Assembly: GCA_002269645.1 (NCBI GenBank)
Contig: NIVC01000136.1
Coordinates: forward strand, 372,001-436,000
DNA length: 64,000 nt
Reading direction: 5' to 3'
DNA from: Macrostomum lignano
Taxonomy: Eukaryota
Part shown: positions 24,801-35,663 of the stretch, piece after piece
Layout of the letters: each line of letters starts with the position of its first letter
Numbering within the stretch: the first letter of the stretch is position 1
The notes under the pieces: generated by a model
The model's database searches: none
What the model saw: the letters and a program-made list of their open reading frames with translations, nothing else
Told to the model about the DNA's origin: nothing
Made by a program: the position numbers and the translations under genes

Positions 24801-27329
24801 TATGAAAATTCAAACCATCGTCGCTGCATTTAGCAGTTCAGTTTGTTCACCTCTAGGCTAGTTCTCATCGTTTTGATAACATCAAATTTTGCACTTATAT
24901 AATTCAACACTTTAAAATCCAAGCATAGAGTAAATCACACAAAGCAGTTATGACATAATCAATTTCACAGTCAGTCAGTATCAGTTAACAATATGCATGG
25001 TTACGCAATTTAAATCAAGTCTGGTGCTACGCTTCCACACTGCATTTTCAATTCAAGTCGGAGTTACAATTCAGTTATGATGCAATCTATTTCAGAATCA
25101 GAATTCAACCAGTCAGTTTTTTGTCTAGCATTCTTACAATGCATTTCAAGTCGAAAAGTTTGCTTGACCTTTGCAAAAAAGCATGTTTTTCGAATATTTA
25201 ATGCCTTTAGCATCAAGCAATTTCTTAGCCACGATGCATGTACCGTCACGGGAAAATTTCTGATCGAACAGTGCAAGTTCGAACAAAATCAGTCCAGCCA
25301 TTTTTTCTCTAATTGATCACATAGATAGATAGATAGATAGATAGACACAGACAGACCATTTTTAGTATATTTAGATTAGAAGATTATAAAATAGTTTGTT
25401 AAAATGATAAAAGACCCCTATACATGCAGCACTTTATAACAATGTTAACGGACAGAGAAGTCGAGGTCTATAGAGGTAGCTCCCCAGTCCCCACCCCACT
25501 CCTTATCCCCACCCTATTTCCTAGTAGACGAACAGTTTTAGAAGGAAATGAGGCCAACTCGTCCAATGGAAAAAAAGGGAAGAACTCCCATCACTGGAAT
25601 TCCATTTCCTGAAACCTATCAGCTGAATCCCATGACTGAATCCCATCATCTGAACATCTCTAAATCCATCAAAATCCTCTCCGCAAAACAGAAATCCTCT
25701 CCATGAAACTGAACACCATCAAAATCCTCTCCACGAAATAAATTCTCTCTATCAAAATTAAAACATTGAAATCGTCTCTGCTAAACTAGACTCAATCAAT
25801 CAATTTTTTTTCTGTCAAACAACTTGACTCTCCAGATTTAATCGTTAGGGTTAGAACTACGCACAGGTTCATGTTAAAAGGCACTGATAAAAATATTGAA
25901 CTAATTGAATCAATTCATTGTGCAACTGATTTCACAGTCAATCCGTCAATCTAAATCAACCTTCCAATACACAGCAGCAGTGAGAAGTTGAACCTTCCTC
26001 CCAACTTTATCTATTATGTCTCGCAAAACTGATTACAATTTTTGCAAAAAGTTAAAAGTATGGGAATAGTTTTCCCAATGAAGAGCTTTTAATTTTCATA
26101 TATAAAGCAAACAACTTATATCCTCGAACTCAGCGTTGCAAGATCTTTCTAGCAATATAAGTTTCTCCTCTCAAAGTTTAAAACTCAAGGAACAGTTAGC
26201 GTTTGAAATTTACTGATTTCCCGACTGCTTGCTAAAGAAGCTCGCAATTCATTGAATTTCACTGCCAATCTAATACACAGGGCTACCTATGGAGAAAAAA
26301 GGTGCCAATAATAAAACCAATTGAATCTTGACATAGTCTATCTGTTTACACTGCACAACTGCTATGTACACTCAGCCCAATCCCAACCCTCCATTCTGGG
26401 GGAAGCATTAAATTTAACTGAACCCCCCAATACGCAGGGGGTTTTATTTGCATTGAACGTAGAACACGCGCACCCCCCTCAATACACAGCAATTCGCAGG
26501 GGGAGGTTGAGGTGGCTATTTTTACAAACAGACCGACAACCCTCTACTAGAAAAACAGAAGGGCCAAAGAAGGTTAAGAAATCAGATTTCTGCTTTTTTA
26601 GGGATGTTAAAATGTGAAAATTAGAAATTAAAATAGCTATAAACCCAGTCCGAAAAATTTGCAGTTTACCCATATAAGTTTCAATGCTGACTTGCCAGTA
26701 GTCTATGAGAAAAATTGTACTAGTGCTATGCCTTTATCATAGTATACTCGAATGTTCTTTCAATGTAATAACTGTATATTCGAATCTTTCTTAGAAACTG
26801 AATCTACGCGAACGCCAAATAATAGTTTGTTTTAATGCGCGAAATAAATTGGAGAATTATTTTTTTGTTTTAATCGTATGTGGGGAAAATCACTATATAT
26901 AGGAGCGGTTTCGCGACAAATATACTCTAACTGTCTTTTACCCGTGAGCAAATAGTTGCAAACAGAATAAGCAGTTCAATCTAAACCATTTCAAAGTCTT
27001 TGAGCTAAATAGCGACTTATTCATTTGCAAAACCTGTGAAATGATTCTAAGAAATTTGCTAAGAGAAGGGAATTGGGACTAATTCTTGGAGATATACTAA
27101 GAGAGGCGCCGTGACCCTCTAGTCTTGGTGAACGCCCGATTAGGACTATTCACTAATACATATATCAGTACTAGACCGCTCAGGCCATAAGCTACCAGAA
27201 CGCTACCAGAAAGCAGGCCATAAGCTACCAGAACGCTACCAGAAACGCTACTAAGAACGCTACCCAGAAATATTTAAATGAAATTCTAAGAAATAGTTAG
27301 GGAGTAAAAACAAGTATAATCAGGATAAC

Positions 27330-27491
27330 TGTAGTTGGCAAACAGAAATAACCCCTGTTACAACTTGGTGGCAATAGAGGGATAATTTGTAGGGACAGAA
27401 GTAAGCCTTGTCACAACTTTGGTTACAGCGGTAGGATTTTGTACCGTACGGGAATACCCCTACCACAACTTTGGTGGCAGCGATAAGGATT
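27330..27491 (+). repeat. Array of three TGTA...ACA units each followed by a PBS-like repeat at the LTR 3' end (copied at 31596-31733)
   Basis: Units 27330-27362, 27388-27415, 27440-27467. Repeats ACTTGGTGGCAATAGAGGGATAATT, ACTTTGGTTACAGCGGTAGGATTT and ACTTTGGTGGCAGCGATAAGGATT. Confidence 0.85.
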
Positions 27492-27571
27492 AGAGAAACG
27501 GCGCGAACTCTTAAAAACTAGATTCAGAAGAATTCCGAAGAATAATTTGAAAAGTTTTTCGTAGAGAAAAG

Positions 27572-28150
27572 ATGAATCAGAATCAGGCTAATGATGCCAT
27601 CGCCATGCTGGCAGAGGAACTGAGGAAACATCTCAAGTTAGGATCGAAGGAGGCTGAAGTGCAAGTAGAAAAGTTCACACCTGGTCAGAACATTAGGCAG
27701 TGGATGAACACGTTTGAGCAGCAGTGCAGAATCCAAGGGATTACAGGCGAGAAACAGAAGGAAGCTCTCTTTGCTAATCTAAACATCCCAGAGGGACTGA
27801 AACGCCGAATCAGTCACAGAAAAGAGCAGAGTCAGTATCAGGAAATTAGGCGACGAATAATCGAAGAATTTGAGCCGAAGCAGCAGAACCGAAAAGAGGG
27901 AATTGATGCATTAGTAGAGTGTCTAATGACCTTGACCTTTGTGCTAACGAACATTAGCCTAGAACCAAAGACAGGGCAGCAGCAGCAGTCAGTGCCAAGA
28001 CCGCGCCGCCTGAACAGATTCAGTGGAATCAGGCCAGAGCCGAAACCTGGTCACTGCTTCTTCTGCAACCAGCCAGGACCCATTAGGCCTCAGGCAGGAC
28101 ACCAGTGCCGAATCAACTTCAACCGGCACGCCCAGCAGAAGCCACCCTAA
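27572..28150 (+). CDS. Truncated gag-like ORF
   Basis: VEKFTPGQNIRQWMNTFEQQCRIQG resembles the capsid N-terminal motif; broken zinc knuckle CFFCNQPG..GHQC; lies directly after the PBS. Confidence 0.7.
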   Translation: MNQNQANDAIAMLAEELRKHLKLGSKEAEVQVEKFTPGQNIRQWMNTFEQQCRIQGITGEKQKEALFANLNIPEGLKRRISHRKEQSQYQEIRRRIIEEFEPKQQNRKEGIDALVECLMTLTFVLTNISLEPKTGQQQQSVPRPRRLNRFSGIRPEPKPGHCFFCNQPGPIRPQAGHQCRINFNRHAQQKPP

Positions 28151-28482
28151 GAAGACTCGTACACAGGAGCGCGAATCTGAAAGCTATTTGTAAATATGTT
28201 TCAAATATGCAAAAAAAATATAAAAACGAATAAAAAAATTCAGAAAACCCAAAAAAATATTTGTTTAAGAAGTATTTCGTCTGCATACTGCAATGTACTG
28301 ACCAAGTAATCCGTCTAAAGTTCGTTAAATAGCTAAAAATTTAGGAGGTAACCCTTAAAAGGGCCGTTTGACCTTAAAAGGGCCGTTTTACTAAGAAACT
28401 TATTTAGGAAAGCCAGGGAACTGCAATTTCGGACTGAAAACATTGAAGGAAGATTATTTTACTCAGAGAAGTTGACGAGAAG

Positions 28483-29417
28483 TTGATGCTGAGAGAATTG
28501 TGCAGAATTGTGCGAAGAGAATTGTCGAAAAGATTGGATTGCAGAGATTGGCATGACGCGCGGACAGCTACGCATGCTGACCAATTGCGGATTGGCCAAA
28601 GGCAGAAAGAAGAGGCCGATGACGCTTTCAGAAGAGCCAAAAAAGGTTCAGAGAGTCAGGCCATGCAGGAAAGGAAGGGCAGTAAGGCCTAAAGAGCAGA
28701 TTAATACAGAATTTCTATGATTCTACTGACGAGGCCAAACTGAGATAGCGGAAGGGGATTCGAGATTTGAGAATTTGTTAAGAGTTGTAGGACCCGTGAC
28801 AGTAGAGCTGTAGCTGGCATGAGTTCAGCAGAGAAGCTTTCGAGAGGTCAGGGTCGAGTTGAGATATTGAGTCGAGAAGTTGTTGAGTTGAGATGAGATG
28901 AAATGAAGATGAGATTTCGAAGAGAAGCTGTGAGAATTTGCAAAATTGTTCGAAGAAAAACAGAAATAATCTGACTCCAGTGCCGAAATCCGAAATTGAT
29001 TTACCAGAGGAAATTAATAATAATTTAAAACCAGCACCAGTGCCAACTAAGAAGAAAGAACAGCCGAAGCCGAAGAAAAGAATTTGCCATAGACAAAAAG
29101 AAATTAGAATTCCAGAAGTTCAAATTTTAGAGGAGGAAAGCTCAGACGAAGAAAACAGAATTCAATGGAGAGTATTCGCAGATCCGAATTCGCAGAGTGA
29201 AAACAAAGGAAATGAAGAATTGAACAGTGAAAATACAGAGAGAGCGACTGACTCAGATGAGCCATCAGAAGAAGAAGAAGGAGCATTAGAGTTAGAGGAG
29301 GAACGAGTTCAGCCAGAGAATAGGTATAACTTTAGGATGACTCAGCGAAGGAGAGAAAGAGAAGGCGCGACAGGACTTGTGCCCCGAAGGCGCTACGCGA
29401 AATATTTAGCACCTTAA
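28483..29417 (+). pseudogene. Remnant of the pol (integrase) C-terminal region
   Basis: RVVGPVTVEL* near 28780-28815 resembles the Gypsy integrase GPY/F region, followed by an acidic tail with RYNFR (28938-29417). No RT or RNaseH/DDE core seen. Confidence 0.5.
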
Positions 29418-29819
29418 ATCATGACGTAAGCAATTTCCCATAAGAAACAGTGTTAAATAGTTAAAAATTCCGTATTAGAATTACTTATCTGCTTATAAAA
29501 TTTGACATGCTGTACATAGAGCGAATCTGTAAATACCATATTAATCTACAAAATGCGATCTTTAATTTGATACTTTACTCAAGAAAATCTATCAAAAAAT
29601 AAAAAAGTTATAAAAAGAAATAGAAAATCCATAAAAAATTTAGTTGCCAAATCTGTCAAATCTGACATGCCCCGCCCCACGCGCGAGGGGAGTGCTTCGA
29701 AGAGGTCCAGTTTTTCGGCCCGCCAGCCTATAAATACGAGCACCCCGCAGGCCCCACAGATCCCATAGCTCACTGCTAGCTTCCTTTCTATTCTAAGAGC
29801 CATTCGCAGAGAAATCAAA

Positions 29820-30695
29820 ATGAACAACTCTATTGACATCTTGGACGAGTTAATTGGCAATCTGTCAGACGATATGGAGCCCCAGCCAGCGCCCAACACC
29901 GACGAAAATGAGGCACCGCTTCGATGTGCAACACGTCCAAAGGCGCCTGGTGTATCCAGCAAACGGCCAAGAACATCATCGCCAGCTTCATCGCCTTGCC
30001 GCCAAATGAGGGTCGAAGGCCCCGAGCAGAAGCGCGCCGCCCTGGTGGCAGCACAGGCAGCTGCGCCCGTGCGCTCTTATGTTGTCAAGGCCACGCCAGG
30101 ATCGTCGACATCAAGCCGAACGCAGCAGTTGGTGTCACCGCCAGCTGCCCCATCATCGAGAAAGACCCCGGCACCACGGCAGAAGAAATCGACAGCTGCG
30201 ACACCGCCAGCTCAGCAGCCAGCGTCGCAGCCGAGCCTGCAATCAGCGCAGCAGTCAGCGCTGCAGCCGAGCCTGCAATCAGCGCAGCAGTCTAGCCAGC
30301 CATCAGCACTACAGCCGAGCCAGCAGCAATCGAATTCGCAGAGAGATTTTCATCGCATCGTCCGAGAACTTGTGGAGACTCGCGGAGCAGAGGTGGAAAA
30401 GCTACGCTTCCACATTGAGCAATACGCACTGAAAGTAGCGTACCACCGATCCGACAGCCGACAGCGCTACCCCCAATGCTCGCAAATTTGGACACACCTG
30501 AAGTTTCTGAGGGATCAATTCAGTTACCAGGAAGCTGTCGCTGTTCTCCAGGACGTCGCCTATCGCCTCCAGCGAGCTATAAGAGCCAACCCGCCGCCAG
30601 CGCTGACGGTCCTCGACGAAGAGTACCGATGGTTTTTTGCTCAAGTCGGCTGGCCCTACTATCGCGACCTCCCGGAGCCCTGCATGTTTATCTGA
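29820..30695 (+). CDS. Intact orphan accessory ORF (291 aa) inside the LTR element
   Basis: ATG-initiated; S/P/Q/A-rich N-terminal part with KRPR and PRQKK basic patches; about 115-aa predicted helical C-terminal domain (DFHRIVRELVE...EYRWFFAQVGWPYYRDLP). Preceded by a GC box (about 29669-29679) and TATAAAT (29729-29735). Confidence 0.7.
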   Translation: MNNSIDILDELIGNLSDDMEPQPAPNTDENEAPLRCATRPKAPGVSSKRPRTSSPASSPCRQMRVEGPEQKRAALVAAQAAAPVRSYVVKATPGSSTSSRTQQLVSPPAAPSSRKTPAPRQKKSTAATPPAQQPASQPSLQSAQQSALQPSLQSAQQSSQPSALQPSQQQSNSQRDFHRIVRELVETRGAEVEKLRFHIEQYALKVAYHRSDSRQRYPQCSQIWTHLKFLRDQFSYQEAVAVLQDVAYRLQRAIRANPPPALTVLDEEYRWFFAQVGWPYYRDLPEPCMFI

Positions 30696-33327
30696 ACTAT
30701 TGAGGTGAACTAACTTTTGCGTTGCCTTTAATAACAATTTTGCCTTTTATAATACTTTTATAATAGTTCGTTTTGCTTCCATAATAGTTCTCACTTTAAT
30801 GGTTTACCTACATAATAGTTCTATCACAACCATTTTATGCACCAATTGTTTTAGCACTGAATTGTGTTTTCTGCACCTTGCTTTGCACCTTTTCACCTGC
30901 ATTTTCCTACGATATCAATTTTTCACTGTATACATATAATATAGTATTTCGTTCAAAATTTGATATATAGAGGAGGAAAGTTGTACTAGTGCTATGCCTT
31001 TATCATAGTATACTCGAATGTTCTTTCAATGTAATAACTGTATATTCGAATCTTTCTTAGAAACTGAATCTACGCGAACGCCAAATAATAGTTTGTTTTA
31101 ATGCGCGAAATAAATTGGAGAATTATTTTTTTGTTTTAATCGTATGTGGGGAAAATCACTATATATAGGAGCGGTTTCGCGACAAATATACTCTAACTGT
31201 CTTTTACCCGTGAGCAAATAGTTGCAAACAGAATAAGCAGTTCAATCTAAACCATTTCAAAGTCTTTGAGCTAAATAGCGACTTATTCATTTGCAAAACC
31301 TGTGAAATGATTCTAAGAAATTTGCTAAGAGAAGGGAATTGGGACTAATTCTTGGAGATATACTAAGAGAGGCGCCGTGACCCTCTAGTCTTGGTGAACG
31401 CCCGATTAGGACTATTCACTAATACATATATCAGTACTAGACCGCTCAGGCCATAAGCTACCAGAACGCTACCAGAAAGCAGGCCATAAGCTACCAGAAC
31501 GCTACCAGAAACGCTACTAAGAACGCTACCCAGAAATATTTAAATGAAATTCTAAGAAATAGTTAGGGAGTAAAAACAAGTATAATCAGGATAACTGTAG
31601 TTGGCAAACAGAAATAACCCCTGTTACAACTTGGTGGCAATAGAGGGATAATTTGTAGGGACAGAAGTAAGCCTTGTCACAACTTTGGTTACAGCGGTAG
31701 GATTTTGTACCGTACGGGAATACCCCTACCACAAAATTGCAACATACATATAGACAAACAAACAAACATCGCACCACTTTCAGTATTAAACAAGGCCAAC
31801 TCCTCCTCTGGAGGAGAAAGGGGAAGAATTCCCATCACCGGAACTCCATTCCCTGAAATGCCATTCTATGAAACCCATCATCCAACTCCTCTCCGCAAAA
31901 CTGAACATCATCGAAATCCTCTCCGTAAAAGAGAACTCCATCAAACACCTCTCCGTGAAACTGACATTCATCAAAATCCCCTCCGAGAAATAGAAATCCT
32001 CTCCGTAAAACTGGACTCCATGGAAATCCTCTCCGTGAAACTGACATTCATCAAAATCCCCTCCGAGAAACAGAAATCCTCTCTGTGAAACTGGACTCCA
32101 TGGAAATCCTCTCCGTGAAACTGACATCCATCAAAATCGTCTCCGCAAAACAGAAATTCTCTCCATTAAACTGGACTGAATCGAAATTTTCTCTGTAAAA
32201 AAGAATCAACTCTCAGGATTTAGTGGTTAGGGTTAGGGTTAGGGTTAGGGTTAGAGCTACAACGCAGCAGCGTGTTGAACCAATTGAATTAATTGAATGC
32301 GCAACCGATTTCACAGTCAGTCAGTATCAGTCTAGGTAAAAGTTAACAAAAAGATTGCGCAAACTAAATCAACCCTCCAATACACAGCGACTGACCCCCT
32401 TCCAATACGCAGTGGCAATTAAAAGTTGAACCCCCCCTCCTACCAACTGTTGGGGGGTTGGTCGAACCCCCATTGAACTCCAAAATGAGTACACTGCCAA
32501 AAGTTAAAAGTATGGAAATCGTTTTTTAAATGCTGTGCTTTTTGTTTTCACATTTAAAGCAAACAACTTATATCCCCGAACTCAGTATTGCAAGATCTTT
32601 CCAGTAATATAAGTCTCTCCTCTGAAAGTTTAAAACTCGAGGAACAGTTAGCGCTTGAAATTTCCTGATTTAAAGCATTAAAGTATCGAGTGTACGTTCA
32701 CAGCCTGCTAAAGAGGCTCGCAAGTTTATTCATTAAATTTTACTGCCTAGCAAATACACATGGCTGCCTATTGAATGCCGCCGATAATAAAACCAATTAA
32801 ATCTCGACACAGTCCTAGCTATCTCCTTACACTGTACAACTGCTATGTACACTCAGCCCAAGCCCAACCCCCCATTCTGGGGGGAATCGTTAAATTTAAT
32901 TGAACCCCCCCAACACGCGGGGGTTTTGCATTTAACGCAGAACACGCGCACCCACCCCCCCAAAACACAGCGACCCGCGGGCGGAGGTTGGGATGGCTAT
33001 TTTTACAAACAGACTGCAACCCCTCCACTAGAGAGGCAGAGTGGCCACAGAAGGGCCAAAGAAAGTTAGGAAATCAGTTTTCTGCTTTTTTAGGGATCTT
33101 AAAATGTAAAAATGAAAGATTAAAATTGCTATAAACCCAGTCCGGAAAATTTGCAGTTTACCCATATAAGTTTCAACGCTGACTTGCCAGTAGTTTAGGA
33201 GAAAAGTTGCAACATACGGACAAACAAACAAACATCGCACCACTTTTAGTATTAAGAAGAAGAGGGCATTTTGTCTACTCAGCAGACAAAATGACTGGAA
33301 ACCCTATGAGCTATATGCAATGTAGGA

Positions 33328-33931
33328 TAGAGCTCGAATGGGATCCCAATCCCAATCTCGAATTCTCGGGATCCCGAAGATTTTTCGGGAATTCGGGATT
33401 GGGATCCCAAAGGCTTAGAGAACTCGGGATTCGGGAGCACAATAGATTGATAATGAAGATGATGCTTTGAACAATCAAGAGCAGTAATCAATACTAAGCC
33501 AATTTTTGTAATAGCAACTATAAATATGTTGAAAGTCTGATCTTGAATTCACCAAATAAAGCAGCAGATTTTTACTTAGTAACAGATTTGTAAAGAGTTG
33601 TACTCGTAAATAACGAACTATCAAGTATGAGGCTTTTCACGAAGCGATTCGAGTTTGAGGCTTTTCACGAAGCGATTCCAGAACCAGAATTTTACAAGAA
33701 AAAAGCAGTATAACTAATGCAATTCAATATTACATTAACGCAGAACAGTCCTTGAAATATAAAATATATATAATAATATAAAACTATCCTTGAATCCTTG
33801 ATTTGATTCATTAGTAAGTAATATATTCCCAGATCCCGGATTCCCCAATACTAATCCTGAATCCCAATCCCGAAATTATTTTCAATCCCAATCCGCCCGA
33901 TCCCAAAAATTCTGCTCCTGTTTGAGCTCTA
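33328..33931. mobile_element. hAT-like MITE
   Basis: TIR TAGAGCTC(G/A)AA...TTTGAGCTCTA; 8-bp flanks ATGTAGGA/ATGTGGGA (1 mismatch); GGGATCCC subterminal repeats. Confidence 0.65.
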
Positions 33932-34087
33932 ATGTGGGAAAATTGAAAAATGTAAAAAAGGTATCAACTTTAAAAATGAATAAAATAAAAACTATAAAAA
34001 GTATAAAAAAGCCACAATATAAACTAAAAATATGATGAATACTACTTTCTAGTGAGTGTCTGACTGTTTAAATGAATTGTGTAGGTA

Positions 34088-34661
34088 CCATAGTCAGGAT
34101 CATGTCATGGTATACTCCGGAATAAAAAAGTCCCCTAAAAAATCTATGCCACTACTGAAACGTATGCCAAGGTCCTAGGAACTTATGCTAGGTTTTCTAG
34201 GCTTTGCGACAATAAATGACCTTTTTTGCATGTTACAAGAATTTCTTTTTCTTAAATAAATTATTTAACAAATGTGTGGTTTTTATTTAAAGTAAATTGG
34301 CTTACAGATAATGCCAACAAAAATCATTTTTTTGTTTAAGTTTTTTTAGAAAATTACATGATTAGTTTGCATGGAATTTTAAATTTTTATAAATCACGAA
34401 TAGTTATGAACCTAATTATCTTACAAGTTTTATGGTTTTTAAGGTTTTTATAATAAGATTCTGAGGTTACGGCATTATGCCAACAATTTTTAATATTAAC
34501 TTTGGCGTGAAGGTTGGAGTTGGCGTACGCTGCTTGGAATATTTACGCCATGGCGTCACTCCAAAAGGTACGTCAAATATATTTTGCCTCATTTTTTACG
34601 CCAACTGTATGCCAAAAAAGTAAAATTTTTAATTGTACACTGGAAATTATCCTGACTATGG
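34088..34661. mobile_element. MITE with 13-bp TIR CCATAGTCAGGAT
   Basis: CCATAGTCAGGAT at 34088-34100 and ATCCTGACTATGG at 34649-34661; internal (AC/AT)GCCAA repeats; no clear TSD. Confidence 0.55.
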
Positions 34662-35663
34662 ACTATGGTGCAAGTATGAAAAAAGTAACACTTGGTAAAA
34701 CTTAATACAATTTTTAAATTAAAAAAAAATACATTTTATATTTAATTTATAAAATGAAGCCGAAAAAACAAGAAAAACATGTTATATATGCTTCTAGAAA
34801 ATGGAAAATCTTGACAAATCCTGACCATAGAAAAAAAGCTTTTTCAAAACCCAAGTTATCCATTTTGCAATTTTCATGAATAAAACATAAATTTTAAGAC
34901 TTGTAAGCTAAAAAAGAGTAATTTTTTATTACTTAAAAAATAGAAAGTAATTTAATCTTTTATATTTTTATTTAAAAAGAAAAAAATAAAAGGTTTTCTA
35001 AAGATTTTAAACTTTTTTTCTAAAAAAAATCATATGTTCCTAAAAATAATACTATTGTAAAATTAAAGTACAAAAATTGCTAGCAAACATATTTTCCAAA
35101 AGTAAATATATTCATTCCTTATAGCAAAGGTATTATAAGTTTTTTTATTTAAATAGCAACTTATAAAGTATTAGTGCATGCAACAGGTCCAAATTTAAGC
35201 TTTTAAATTTTGGGTAAAAATAATACCATTAAATGTGAACCTAGCAATCAAATCCAATACTTTTTATATGCTTTTTAAGCAATAAGTACAATGAAATTAT
35301 ACCTAACTATCATTGTGGCATATTGTAAAAATAAGATTTTTTTTCAAAAAAAAGAATTTTTAAATTGCTTCAAGTTCATTAGAAGCTAAGTAAATGCAAT
35401 TTTTTATCTTTATACAAATTCTTGTTATTTGACTTCTAAATCAAATGCTTCTTATATACTTATTAAGCAATAAAAAACAATGAAATTATACTTAAAAATG
35501 TATTATTGTGACTTATACAAGAAAAAAAGAAAGAACTTTCTAAATTTTTTTCATAGAAAAAGAGTATAATGTATTCTTATTGGAATTTGTATACATTCAA
35601 TAATAGAATTTATGTCTTATTAGAATAACTTTCCAAAACCTATAAACACACAACACTGTTATA

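Larger units (their letters stand above)
26716..31733 (+). mobile_element. Non-autonomous Ty3/Gypsy-derived LTR retrotransposon, recent insertion
   Basis: 752-bp LTRs at 26716-27467 and 30982-31733 (TG...CA, identical by side-by-side reading). 4-bp TSD AAAT (26712-26715, 31734-31737). PBS TGGTGGCAGCG.. at about 27472, complementary to a tRNA-Leu 3' end. PPT AGAGGAGGAAAG just before the 3' LTR. LTR TATA at about 26894. Confidence 0.93.
25420..33260 (+). mobile_element. Two head-to-tail copies of a non-autonomous Helitron/Helentron-like (HINE/DINE-type) element; copy 1 is interrupted by the LTR element
   Basis: 25530-26715 plus 31738-31788 is homologous to 31789-33260 (shared GAGGCCAACTC start, GAAATCCTCTCC repeats, TACACTCAGCCCAA block and ACAAACAAACATCGCACCACTTT(C/T)AGTATTA end). 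The family assignment rests on end-motif style only. Confidence 0.55.

Noticed and set aside
27330-27491. Reading the LTR array as a true CRISPR (repeat plus foreign spacer)
   Set aside because: The spacer-like units align with each other (ACAGAAATAACCCCTGTTACA vs ACAGAAGTAAGCCTTGTCACA), the repeats are tRNA-PBS-like, and there are no cas genes in this eukaryotic context.
29820-30695. env gene
   Set aside because: No signal peptide, furin site/fusion peptide pattern or transmembrane segment.
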